Below are positions 56,232 through 64,000 of a stretch of DNA of 64,000 nucleotides, in pieces. The stretch lies in the NCBI GenBank assembly GCA_017935905.1, contig JAGBGO010000035.1, forward strand, positions 36,064 to 100,063, read 5' to 3'. The number at the start of each line of letters is the position of its first letter. Within the stretch, counting starts at the first letter, position 1. The notes below the pieces were generated by a model. The model was not told the origin of the DNA, searched no databases, and saw nothing but the letters and a program-made list of their open reading frames with translations. Made by a program: the position numbers and the translations under genes. Source of the stretch: Clostridia bacterium (GTDB lineage Bacteria > Bacillota > Clostridia > UBA1212 > UBA1255).

Positions 56232-58430
56232 TTATTTTACAGTAGCATTTTGAACATTGGAAGTTACAAGCGTACCAATATTCTCAGCAGTAAGAAGAAC
56301 ACCGTTCAACCGGCAGTTCTCAAAGGTAACCGCCGCACGAGGATCCATTGCAAAGCCTTCGCTGAAATCGCAATCTACAAAGGTTGTGGGCGCATAGGGA
56401 CGGCAGAACGCATAACCTGCACCCTTACCAAAACTACAGCCTGTAAATTCAGCATCGCCAATAGTTGCAGCATAACTGGTCCAACCATTGATAACACAGT
56501 TTGTAGCCGTTAAACCATTACCGGTTCCTTGATCACAACTAATTGTGTAGGTAGGACCATCAATGGTTACATTTTCCAAATAAACTCTGCTACCTGTAGC
56601 GTTGTGATTTACAAACACACCACGGAAACCTTTTGCAATTGTCAGATTTTTTATCGTGCCACCAGTGATATTAATGGCAGAATCCCATGTACTGGTTGCA
56701 CCATTAACAATCAAGACCTTACCATTTCCATCCAAAGTTTCACCATTTTTGATATTGAGACCGGTAGCGCCATATCCATTACTCTCACTGTCAGTGGTTG
56801 TAATATCACAATCGAGGATGATAAGCTGTGCATCTCCTTCCAATGCTTCTCTAAGTGCATCAGCATCTTTTGCATAAGCAATCATCGTCTCAGCACTCTC
56901 TATATCGTAACACTCATACCCGTCATTATCGATGTAAGGCGCTTTGATTGTAGACAACCCAAAATTGGCGACATTATCCCTGACTAATGTGTTGCATTTA
57001 GAAAGCGCATAGAAATTTCTAAGAGCAATTACAGTCATATCTCCAGCAAAGGTATTCAGGAAACTATTTTCCAGAACAGAAATCTTTAATGCATAAGAAC
57101 AAGAAGCATTGTTATGGGGTGTAACGACTACATTACCATTCATAAACGTATTACCAATTACAGAAACGTGACCCTGGGTAGCACCTACATACACAGCAGT
57201 ATTTACAGTTGTATCTGCGGTTCCAAAACTGTTGTTGATAATCTTAAATTCGCCTTTAAGCTGATAACCGGGATAGTACATATAAATATAATATAAGGCA
57301 TCCGTTTCAAAGGTACACCCATCAATAACAGCACCTTTCATACCGCCACTTTTACGATTTCTTTCATAGAAAACAACAGGAATATATTTACTGGAATCTG
57401 CAGGCTTTCCGGTAAAGGTACAATTGATAATTTGCAGATTATCTGCACCGTTTGCGCTGTTCTCGGCACCAGTCACATTGGTGTAAAGATCAAGTGCATT
57501 ATTGACGCCACTTGTTTTAGTCATACCGTACGCCATCTGAGCACCTGCCGCATCAAAGGTAATGCCAATCAACTTGCAATTATTCTTTGCATTGGCATTA
57601 ACATAGTCAACAACAGCAGAATTAGTAACCAGTGTCAAATCGTTTTGAGTCAGTGTAAGTTTGCCATATTGTCCATCAGACAATCCAATTACCATACCTT
57701 CTGTAGCTGTAGCAAGAATATCGTCAATGGTTTCAGGTGTAGCAACTACATCACAAGGCAAAGCATCTGCATCGTAATCATTACCGAAGGCATCATTCTC
57801 ATTGACATATTGAGTAGCTACAAGATTAATTCCTAATCTGATGGTAGGAACAACAGTCCCGGTCTTGTAATTTGCCTCATTACCAACGGTTTCAGGCATA
57901 TAAACTACCATGGAAATATAATCCGTATCATTGGTAGACTCCAGGGTAGAGCCTTTGGAAAATCCTGCCGAAATTACGTTGGCGTCTGTAATAGCAGCTC
58001 GTGCCTCATCCCGACTTGCAAAAGCTGTTTCTGTTTCAACAACACCAAATTGAATATAGTTAGAAAGCTTAAATTTCTCTCCCGAAACATTTGTGCCCAA
58101 TGTTTCAGAAATAACATTAATGCCCAAATGATACTTAAACGCCAGGGTACCAGCGTTTACCACTTTCAGATACACAACTTCTGTATGACCGGGTTCCCAA
58201 AGAGCCTCCGCATCAAATACGTTGGTATTCTCATCCACAAGTTTCCAATCCTTTGCGTCCGTGCTCCAATACAATTCTGCATCCAAATTACCGGACTTAA
58301 TAATATTATTGTTCGATGATACACTGTCTGTAAACCATGCAAAAGTAGTACCAACCAACATAGATACGCACATAACGAGTGCCAATGCACTCATCAATAA
58401 AGCACGTTTTGTGCTTTTTGTTTTTGTCAT
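56232..58430 (-). CDS. Large (732 aa) fusion of an N-terminal TasA/camelysin-like domain with a C-terminal right-handed parallel beta-helix (pectate-lyase-like) region
   Basis: The SipW-cognate signal is ALVMCVSMLVGTTFAWFTDS. A ~220-aa TasA-like domain follows. Then come many beta-helix rungs (..NCTFTG.., ..IINNSFG.., ..VIGNTFMNGN.., ..LENSFLN.., ..TGGTIKNLTI.., ..ATNCVINGW..). An AGGAGG ribosome-binding site is present, and its start overlaps the upstream stop. Confidence 0.55.
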   Translation of the reverse strand: MTKTKSTKRALLMSALALVMCVSMLVGTTFAWFTDSVSSNNNIIKSGNLDAELYWSTDAKDWKLVDENTNVFDAEALWEPGHTEVVYLKVVNAGTLAFKYHLGINVISETLGTNVSGEKFKLSNYIQFGVVETETAFASRDEARAAITDANVISAGFSKGSTLESTNDTDYISMVVYMPETVGNEANYKTGTVVPTIRLGINLVATQYVNENDAFGNDYDADALPCDVVATPETIDDILATATEGMVIGLSDGQYGKLTLTQNDLTLVTNSAVVDYVNANAKNNCKLIGITFDAAGAQMAYGMTKTSGVNNALDLYTNVTGAENSANGADNLQIINCTFTGKPADSSKYIPVVFYERNRKSGGMKGAVIDGCTFETDALYYIYMYYPGYQLKGEFKIINNSFGTADTTVNTAVYVGATQGHVSVIGNTFMNGNVVVTPHNNASCSYALKISVLENSFLNTFAGDMTVIALRNFYALSKCNTLVRDNVANFGLSTIKAPYIDNDGYECYDIESAETMIAYAKDADALREALEGDAQLIILDCDITTTDSESNGYGATGLNIKNGETLDGNGKVLIVNGATSTWDSAINITGGTIKNLTIAKGFRGVFVNHNATGSRVYLENVTIDGPTYTISCDQGTGNGLTATNCVINGWTSYAATIGDAEFTGCSFGKGAGYAFCRPYAPTTFVDCDFSEGFAMDPRAAVTFENCRLNGVLLTAENIGTLVTSNVQNATVK

Positions 58431-58450
58431 TTTATTTTTCCTCCTAATCA

Positions 58451-59137
58451 TTAAGCCTCAATGGCCATTCCAACAGTCGCGAAAGCTTCATACGCATTAT
58501 CGCCAACGTGCTCAGTCTGTACCGCCTGAGCCTTTACGTCAATTGCAAAACTGCCGCTAAACGCAGCCGCTTGTTCTCGCGTTAGGGACTCGGGAACCTT
58601 CACAGCGTTGAAGAGTACCAGATCTTCTTCGCTTTCAAGAATATCCGTATAGTACAGTACGTAGGTAACAGTATCTGTTTCGCCATTGATATCTTTCGAG
58701 ATATGATCCCATTTCGTTTCATCAAAACCAACAAAGACCGTGTTCATATCAATATCCAAGCCAACTGCATTGATCCATGCGGTCGCATCAGAAATCTTCA
58801 CAATCACACGAATGTATTGATCGTAATGACCCGTATTGGTAACGTGTGCAATCTTACTGAGTTCGTCACCGGGAAGAATATTCTCATAAACAAGGGACGC
58901 ATCTGTTCTCTCAACATCCTCGACTTCATTAAAGTCACCGTCGCCGTTAGAATCTTTCTGCTCCCATACATCTACAGAGAAAATCTTATCCGGCGTATTG
59001 TCCTCAGAATCAGCAACGAAGAATTCGTTGTACACGCTGTCCTTGTGTGAGAACCATGCGAGTGATCCCATAGAGAGAATGGCGATTAAGCATACTGCCA
59101 AAGCTGTTACAAAAACCTTTTTCTTATTGAACTTCAT
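58451..59137 (-). CDS. TasA/camelysin (peptidase M73 / CalY)-like protein with a SipW-cognate signal peptide
   Basis: MKFNKKKVFVTALAVCLIAILSMGSLAWFSHK is followed by a TasA-like beta-domain. The protein is 228 aa. Confidence 0.6.
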   Translation of the reverse strand: MKFNKKKVFVTALAVCLIAILSMGSLAWFSHKDSVYNEFFVADSEDNTPDKIFSVDVWEQKDSNGDGDFNEVEDVERTDASLVYENILPGDELSKIAHVTNTGHYDQYIRVIVKISDATAWINAVGLDIDMNTVFVGFDETKWDHISKDINGETDTVTYVLYYTDILESEEDLVLFNAVKVPESLTREQAAAFSGSFAIDVKAQAVQTEHVGDNAYEAFATVGMAIEA

Positions 59138-59193
59138 GTTATTTGCCTCCTTTCAATTCATTTTTCTATAAAACGGTGCATAAATCACCGATT

Positions 59194-59403
59194 TTACCGG
59201 TAAAATGGCAATAAAGATAACCACAATTCCCTTCTTTGCCAAATCCAGTACTGCCGTTCTTCCCCTTCCGTGCGGTCAATTTCCGAATTTACATACTGAA
59301 GCTCCCGGCAAAAATCTCTAATCCAAAGAACAAAGCCAACCAGCAAAAGAAAACCAAAACCGCCGCCAATGATGACTGCCAAAATTGCTACCATTTCATC
59401 CAT
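59194..59403 (-). CDS. Small single-transmembrane protein (69 aa)
   Basis: The sequence MDEMVAILAVIIGGGFGFLLLVGFVLWIR... has a ribosome-binding site 12 nt upstream. Its start overlaps the end of sipW. Confidence 0.3.
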   Translation of the reverse strand: MDEMVAILAVIIGGGFGFLLLVGFVLWIRDFCRELQYVNSEIDRTEGEERQYWIWQRRELWLSLLPFYR

Positions 59404-59935
59404 GCGTAGGCGGTACCTCCTTCTTCCGCTTGGCGATTAAATCCGGCAAGAAAACCACAAGAATCAGCGCCACACCGCCGGCCAGTACAAAATACATACC
59501 CGGTGGATTTTGAATAAACTCTGCCACGTATCCCAAATAGGGAATACTGAATTGAGGTACACCGATTACGTTGTTGTAATGCACCGGGGAAGAATCCACC
59601 GTATTGTTAGCGTCACCTTTGGTGTAGAACACTTGCTTCTCTGTATCGACTTCTACAACCCGATGCGTTGCCACCACTAAATTCTCATTTAAGATAAACG
59701 TAATGGGGTCACCCACTTGAATCGTGCTTTTGTCTTTCACGGTTTTTACGTAGATCAAATCGCCTGCGCTGTACGTAGGCTCCATACTGCCGGAAAGCAC
59801 GTTAAACACCCGGTACCCTAATATTCGGGAACCCATCAAGAACACGGCACATAACACCACCAGCACAACGATTACAGTAGACACACTATTCCAAATGCGC
59901 TTTGCACGCTTCTTCGTTCTCTCATTCATAGTCAT
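59396..59935 (-). CDS. sipW: Signal peptidase I, SipW (archaeal/eukaryal S26B) type
   Basis: It has an N-terminal transmembrane helix, the catalytic Ser block VLSGSMEPTYSAGDLIYV, the His/Asp region GDANN and a C-terminal transmembrane helix. Confidence 0.8.
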   Translation of the reverse strand: MTMNERTKKRAKRIWNSVSTVIVVLVVLCAVFLMGSRILGYRVFNVLSGSMEPTYSAGDLIYVKTVKDKSTIQVGDPITFILNENLVVATHRVVEVDTEKQVFYTKGDANNTVDSSPVHYNNVIGVPQFSIPYLGYVAEFIQNPPGMYFVLAGGVALILVVFLPDLIAKRKKEVPPTHG

Positions 59936-60617
59936 CCGTTCCTTCCCGGATTTCTTTCTCCGCAAGTTGCGCTTTCAAGGCTTCCAACTCTGCCAGCACA
60001 CGGGCACTTTCTTCCCGTTCTTCTGAAAGCTTTTGTCGCTCCGCTTCCATCTCCGCCATTTGCTCCTGTTTATATTTTCGGAACAATTGAATACAACGAA
60101 AGCCCTGATAGAGAATCAGCAACATAAAAGGCACAAAGATACAAAGCATATAGCCTTGGGTGGTTTTCATAAAGTTGAAGAATGTTCCCACATCAGGAAT
60201 GTGACCGGTGTACTTACCCAAAATATAAGGGTACGTAACAATAGTCGCATCATCGGTGTCTGTGGTAGTACCGTATGTAACAAATCCCGGATTCCCTTTG
60301 GCATCCGTGGTTTTGCGCCGAATTTTATGGGTAATGGTTTCTCCGAAACTTTCGCTGTCTTGTGAAATAAACGTAATAATGTCCCCTTCTTTCAGGGTGG
60401 ACGGGCTCACTTCTTTCACAAAAATCAAATCGCCGGCATCAAAATCCGTTTTGCTCATAGAGTCTGTCCGTACTACAAATGCTTTGTATCCAAACAAACT
60501 GCGATCATTTCGGTTGAAAGTGGTTACGGAAATAACGGTAAAAATCATCATACACACCGCAACTGCCACCACAATCCACACCAGTACTTTTCGAACAATC
60601 CCCAATATCTTTTTCAT
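59922..60617 (-). CDS. Second SipW-type signal peptidase I paralogue with a C-terminal coiled-coil extension
   Basis: The sequence is MKKILGIVRKVLVWIVVAVAV...VVRTDSMSKTDFDAGDLIFV...; it has a second transmembrane helix and an acidic coiled-coil tail (EQMAEMEAERQKLSEEREESARVLAELEALKAQLAEKE). Confidence 0.7.
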   Translation of the reverse strand: MKKILGIVRKVLVWIVVAVAVCMMIFTVISVTTFNRNDRSLFGYKAFVVRTDSMSKTDFDAGDLIFVKEVSPSTLKEGDIITFISQDSESFGETITHKIRRKTTDAKGNPGFVTYGTTTDTDDATIVTYPYILGKYTGHIPDVGTFFNFMKTTQGYMLCIFVPFMLLILYQGFRCIQLFRKYKQEQMAEMEAERQKLSEEREESARVLAELEALKAQLAEKEIREGTDDYE

Positions 60618-60630
60618 GCAAAATTCCCCT

Positions 60631-60789
60631 CTATTTATCGTTCTTTTGCGCCAAACTTTCTGATAACTTTTCAAAAAACGCTTCGGTTTCTTCTTTGGAC
60701 GTCTGCTGGTCGCTCTCACAGTTCGGACAAATCATTCGCCCCTCCGGAACCGGGACTCCGCAACAGACACAAATATCTACATCGTTCAT
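60631..60789 (-). CDS. 52-aa Cys4 zinc-ribbon protein, first gene of the operon
   Basis: The sequence is MNDVDICVCCGVPVPEGRMICPNCESDQQTSKEETEAFFEKLSESLAQKNDK. An AGGAAG ribosome-binding site is present. It lies 13 nt upstream of the second sipW start. Confidence 0.45.
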   Translation of the reverse strand: MNDVDICVCCGVPVPEGRMICPNCESDQQTSKEETEAFFEKLSESLAQKNDK

Positions 60790-60817
60790 TTATCCACACC
60801 ACTTCCTTACCTGTTGG

Positions 60818-61091
60818 CACATAATGATTATTATGTTGTATGAGAGGTAACTTGTTTCTGAAGCAATAACGTTTTTATGCGTTCCGACAAAATATAAAGG
60901 TATAGAAAAATAACCTTTCCTTAGAAATTCAAAGGCAAGGTTTCACTCATATTACGTAATTGTTGTATTTTTTGTAAACTAATTATAGAATTAGTTGATT
61001 TCTTCAAAAAGGTATGCTATTATACGGCACACGAATGGCATATTCGTGTGTCTTCGTATGTATATACTTACAACATAATAATCATTATGTG
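60818..61091. promoter_or_regulatory. Putative invertible (phase-variable) promoter segment bracketed by perfect 23-bp inverted repeats
   Basis: The left inverted repeat CACATAATGATTATTATGTTGTA is at 60818-60840. The right copy at 61069-61091 is its exact reverse complement. The 228-bp AT-rich core contains sigma-A-like promoters in both orientations. On the minus strand TTTACA-18-TAATAT lies at 60949-60978. On the plus strand TTGATT-17-TATTAT lies at about 60996-61024. A hairpin is at 61028-61050. The tyrosine recombinase gene abuts the right inverted repeat. Confidence 0.55.
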
Positions 61092-61096
61092 TTCTT

Positions 61097-61918
61097 TTAC
61101 AGCAACAATCTCAAATTTTCCATTCTTTTTTGATGTTCATATCCGGTTGTCATAATATAAATTCTGGTCGTATTGATATTGGAGTGCCCCAGTATATCCG
61201 CAAGCTTTGCAATATCTTTTTCAATACCGTAAAATGTCCGGGCAAATAAGTGCCTTAAATTATGAGGAAAAACTTTCTCCGGAGCTACGCCGGCCTGCTT
61301 ACACAGATGTTTCATTTCTCGCCAAATATTGCTACGGCTGATGGGTTTACCGTTACGGGTGGTAAAAATCATACCGGTCTGAATACCCTGTCTGGCAATA
61401 TATTGCTTCAATTTGTCCCTTAATTCCCGCACAAGAAAGATTTTTCGTATCTTACCCTTGCAGGAAACCATTGCCTCTCCCTTCTTCACTGCTTCTACCG
61501 TGATGGCGGAAAGCTCACTGACGCGAATGCCGGTGGCACAAATGGTTTGCACAATCAGGGATAAGCGCCTGTTCTGCTGTCGTTCCGCCGCGCGAACCAA
61601 TCGGAAATATTCCTCTTTCGTCAGTTCTTTTTGGGCAGGACAATAGGCTTCTTGCTGGATTTTGTACTGTTTCACGCATAAATGATGCCTGCCGGCGAAA
61701 CGCAAATAACTGTTTAGGGATGCAATCATAGAGTTTGCACTGCGTACAGCGTACTGCTCGCCCAAATGTTTTTTGTAGTTAAGAATGTCTTGTTTGACGG
61801 GAACTTTATCCCCCATATATTGCATAAAGTATCGGATGTCTCTTAGATATTTTTCAATCGTTGCAGGACTTTTTTCATCCTCTTGCAAAAATTGTTTAAA
61901 TTGTTCGATCGTTGTCAT
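61097..61918 (-). CDS. Tyrosine site-specific recombinase (XerC/D-integrase family), candidate invertase for the adjacent switch
   Basis: The catalytic signature is R (TGIRVSEL) ... HNLRHLFA ... LGHSNINTTRIY. The protein is about 274 aa. An AAAGGAG ribosome-binding site is present. Confidence 0.8.
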   Translation of the reverse strand: MTTIEQFKQFLQEDEKSPATIEKYLRDIRYFMQYMGDKVPVKQDILNYKKHLGEQYAVRSANSMIASLNSYLRFAGRHHLCVKQYKIQQEAYCPAQKELTKEEYFRLVRAAERQQNRRLSLIVQTICATGIRVSELSAITVEAVKKGEAMVSCKGKIRKIFLVRELRDKLKQYIARQGIQTGMIFTTRNGKPISRSNIWREMKHLCKQAGVAPEKVFPHNLRHLFARTFYGIEKDIAKLADILGHSNINTTRIYIMTTGYEHQKRMENLRLLL

Positions 61919-61984
61919 GCCAATCAACTCCTTTATTAATTGATACTTTTATTATTATAGGTTTGAAAAATAATTTCAATACAA

Positions 61985-62013
61985 TTGACTTATTAGACAA
62001 CTATTGCTATAAT
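61985..62013 (+). promoter_or_regulatory. Sigma-A promoter TTGACT-17-TATAAT for the pgmB-GH65 gene
   Basis: It is a near-consensus promoter about 40 nt upstream of the AAAGGAG ribosome-binding site and ATG at 62055. Confidence 0.6.
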
Positions 62014-62054
62014 GCACTTGTTTAATAAAAATTGGCCAAAAGGAGTTTTTTCTG

Positions 62055-64000
62055 ATGAGAAATTACAACATTAAAGCTGCGCTGTTCGATTTGGATGGCG
62101 TGATCGTGTTTACCGACAAATATCACTATTTGGCATGGAAGCAATTGTCCGACGAGCAGGGCTGGGATTTCAATGAAACTGTCAACAACCGCCTGCGGGG
62201 CATTCCCAGATTGGCTTCCTTAGAAGAGATTTTGAAGCACAACAACATTGATCTTCCTTTGGAGGAGAAGATTGTGCTGATGAACCGGAAGAATGATTAT
62301 TACGTAAAGCTTTTAGAGCAGATCAATCCCGGGGACGTTTATCCGGGTTCTGTGGAGTTTATTAAGAAACTGCGGGAAAGAGGCATTCTGATTTCCCTTT
62401 GTTCTTCCAGCAAGAACGCGCCCTTGGTGTTGGAGAAGTTAGGTCTTACAGAATTGTTTGACGCCGTTGTGACCGGTCACGATATTAAGAACGCAAAGCC
62501 GGATCCGGAGATTTTCTTACTTGGCGCAAAACGTCTGAATATGCCCGTATTCCACTGCGTTGTTTTTGAAGATGCCAAAGCCGGCATTGAAGGTGCCCGG
62601 GCGGCCCGCATGAAGACCGTAGGTGTGGGAAACAAAGAAGAAACAGAGAAGATTGCGGATACGTTCATTATGAACTACGACGAAATCGACGTGGAAACGT
62701 TCTTGGAGTCGGGACGGAAACAGCCTTTGCCGGTACATGAAACCAAGATTATTGAAACCGAGTTTAATCCTTACGATACAGGCCATATTGAAAGTGTTTT
62801 TGCATTGGGTAACGGATACATCGGTCTTCGGGGTACCTACGATGAAACGGACGAGGGCAGCAAGAGTTTGCCGGGGATGTATTTGAACGGCATTTTCTGT
62901 ACCAGAGAACTGAATCACCTTTTCCCCTTTCCGCTCCACTCCACCCACGACCAGTACACCATCAACTTGTCCGATTGGCGTATTTTCAATTTGTTTATTG
63001 ATGGAGAAAAGGCTTGCTTCTCCAAGGAGAATATCAAAGAACACCGCCGTGAATTGGATATGGTAAGAGGCGTCATTGAGAGATCTTTTGTATTTGAGAC
63101 TTCCACCGGCAAGAAAGCACAGGTACAGAGCCTTCGCATGGTAAATATGGACGAGGTACACGGTGCACAAGTTCAGTACAGTGTAACGCCCTTAAACTTT
63201 GACGGAGAAATCGTCATCAAGTCCGAAGTGGTGAAACTCACCGGCACTTGGGATTTGTGGCCTTGCGTGCTGGCTTCCGAACAGGATACGGACGGCATTT
63301 ACAGTTTCATTCAAGAAGTGACCACGACCAAACAGCGCGTCGCCTGCGCCGTTGCCCACACGGTGGGCGGTGCATCTAACGTTCGCGGGGAAAATAGTGA
63401 AAACTGTTACACCACCGTAATCACTGCAGATGCAAAGCGAGGCGTACCCGTAACGGTTTCTAAATACGTTGCTTTTAGTTGCACCATGGACAAGAGCGAA
63501 GATATGGAAGGGGATGCCCGCCGTTTGGCTGCTGCCAATCGGGATGCCGGCATGGAAGTGCTGGCGGCTCGCCAGGCTGCTTTCTGGAAGAAACACTGGG
63601 AGAACGGCGATATCATCGTAGAAGGCAACCCCGCCGACCAACAAGCCATCCGTTATAGCTTATTCCAGCTTCGTCAGCAATTAGCAACCATTAACCAAAG
63701 CCCCATCGGTGCTACAGGTCTTACAGGTCTGAATTACAGCGGCAAGGCATTCTGGGATACGGAAATGTACTTGATGCCTTATTACAATTTTACCCAGCCG
63801 GAGACGCAGAAAGAGTTGATTTTGTACCGTTACAAGACGCTCCCCAGAGCTCGCCAGCGTGCAAAAGAGTACGGTCTGTGCGGCGCCATGTATCCTTGGT
63901 GCGGTATTGACGGTGAAGAAACTTCCGTTGTATTCGAGGCTTCCACCGCAGAATACCACTTACACAGCGATATTGCTTACTCCATCTGGCGTTACTACGA
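62055..64000 (+). CDS. Fusion of beta-phosphoglucomutase (HAD) with a GH65 disaccharide phosphorylase (maltose/kojibiose/trehalose phosphorylase type). Partial; it continues past the window end.
   Basis: The N-terminal ~215 aa are HAD beta-PGM (AALFDLDGVIVFTDKYH...KNAKPDPEIF...FEDAKAGIEGARAA). They continue without a stop into the GH65 N-terminal domain (FNPYDTGHIESVFALGNGYIGLRG) and the catalytic domain (GLNYSGKAFWDTEMYLMPYY; EYHLHSDIAYSIWRYY). Confidence 0.8.
   Translation, partial: MRNYNIKAALFDLDGVIVFTDKYHYLAWKQLSDEQGWDFNETVNNRLRGIPRLASLEEILKHNNIDLPLEEKIVLMNRKNDYYVKLLEQINPGDVYPGSVEFIKKLRERGILISLCSSSKNAPLVLEKLGLTELFDAVVTGHDIKNAKPDPEIFLLGAKRLNMPVFHCVVFEDAKAGIEGARAARMKTVGVGNKEETEKIADTFIMNYDEIDVETFLESGRKQPLPVHETKIIETEFNPYDTGHIESVFALGNGYIGLRGTYDETDEGSKSLPGMYLNGIFCTRELNHLFPFPLHSTHDQYTINLSDWRIFNLFIDGEKACFSKENIKEHRRELDMVRGVIERSFVFETSTGKKAQVQSLRMVNMDEVHGAQVQYSVTPLNFDGEIVIKSEVVKLTGTWDLWPCVLASEQDTDGIYSFIQEVTTTKQRVACAVAHTVGGASNVRGENSENCYTTVITADAKRGVPVTVSKYVAFSCTMDKSEDMEGDARRLAAANRDAGMEVLAARQAAFWKKHWENGDIIVEGNPADQQAIRYSLFQLRQQLATINQSPIGATGLTGLNYSGKAFWDTEMYLMPYYNFTQPETQKELILYRYKTLPRARQRAKEYGLCGAMYPWCGIDGEETSVVFEASTAEYHLHSDIAYSIWRYY

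Noticed and set aside
62477-63959. Minus-strand ORFs (62517-63170, 63192-63644, 63681-63959) inside the pgmB-GH65 gene
   Set aside because: The plus-strand frame is open for over 1.9 kb with clear HAD and GH65 motifs. The minus frames are shadows.

Overview
This 64-kb window looks like a chromosomal segment of a spore-forming Firmicute, probably a Clostridia / Oscillospiraceae-like organism; GC content is about 50%. Evidence for sporulation is sigK, an alpha/beta-type SASP, ytxC-like and yaaL-like genes, and a PdaA-like deacetylase. Most of the window is housekeeping. The left end carries a glpP-like antiterminator (partial), corA, rsfS and a nadD-yqeK fusion. The radC-mreB-mreC-mreD-pbp2 morphogenesis cluster follows. 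Further genes include pgi, cysK, an MsmX-like sugar ABC ATPase, an L,D-transpeptidase and tRNA-Ser(GCU). There is a carbohydrate island with two AraC regulators, two sugar-phosphate isomerases, a Gfo/Idh/MocA oxidoreductase, a GH2-like hydrolase, a secreted GH-like protein and an LCP ligase. The right end begins a pgmB-GH65 phosphorylase fusion gene. The most interesting accessory region is 53.7-61.9 kb. It is a minus-strand operon encoding two SipW-type signal peptidases, a small zinc-ribbon protein and six secreted proteins. Four of these carry SipW-cognate (TasA/camelysin-class) signal peptides; one is a 732-aa TasA-like/beta-helix fusion and one has a VPPTG sorting signal. A tyrosine recombinase lies immediately upstream. 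Between the recombinase and the operon, a 228-bp promoter-containing segment is bracketed by a perfect 23-bp inverted repeat. This is the architecture of a phase-variable (invertible-promoter) switch driving a TasA-like fibre locus. Other notable items are a pair of ABC exporters with N-terminal zinc-ribbon cytoplasmic domains flanking a small conserved protein; a degV gene interrupted by an in-frame TAA; a 1186-aa secreted protein with an internal tandem duplication; GC-rich direct repeats plus a duplicated tRNA 3'-end fragment downstream of tRNA-Ser; and a dispersed ~110-bp intergenic repeat present twice.
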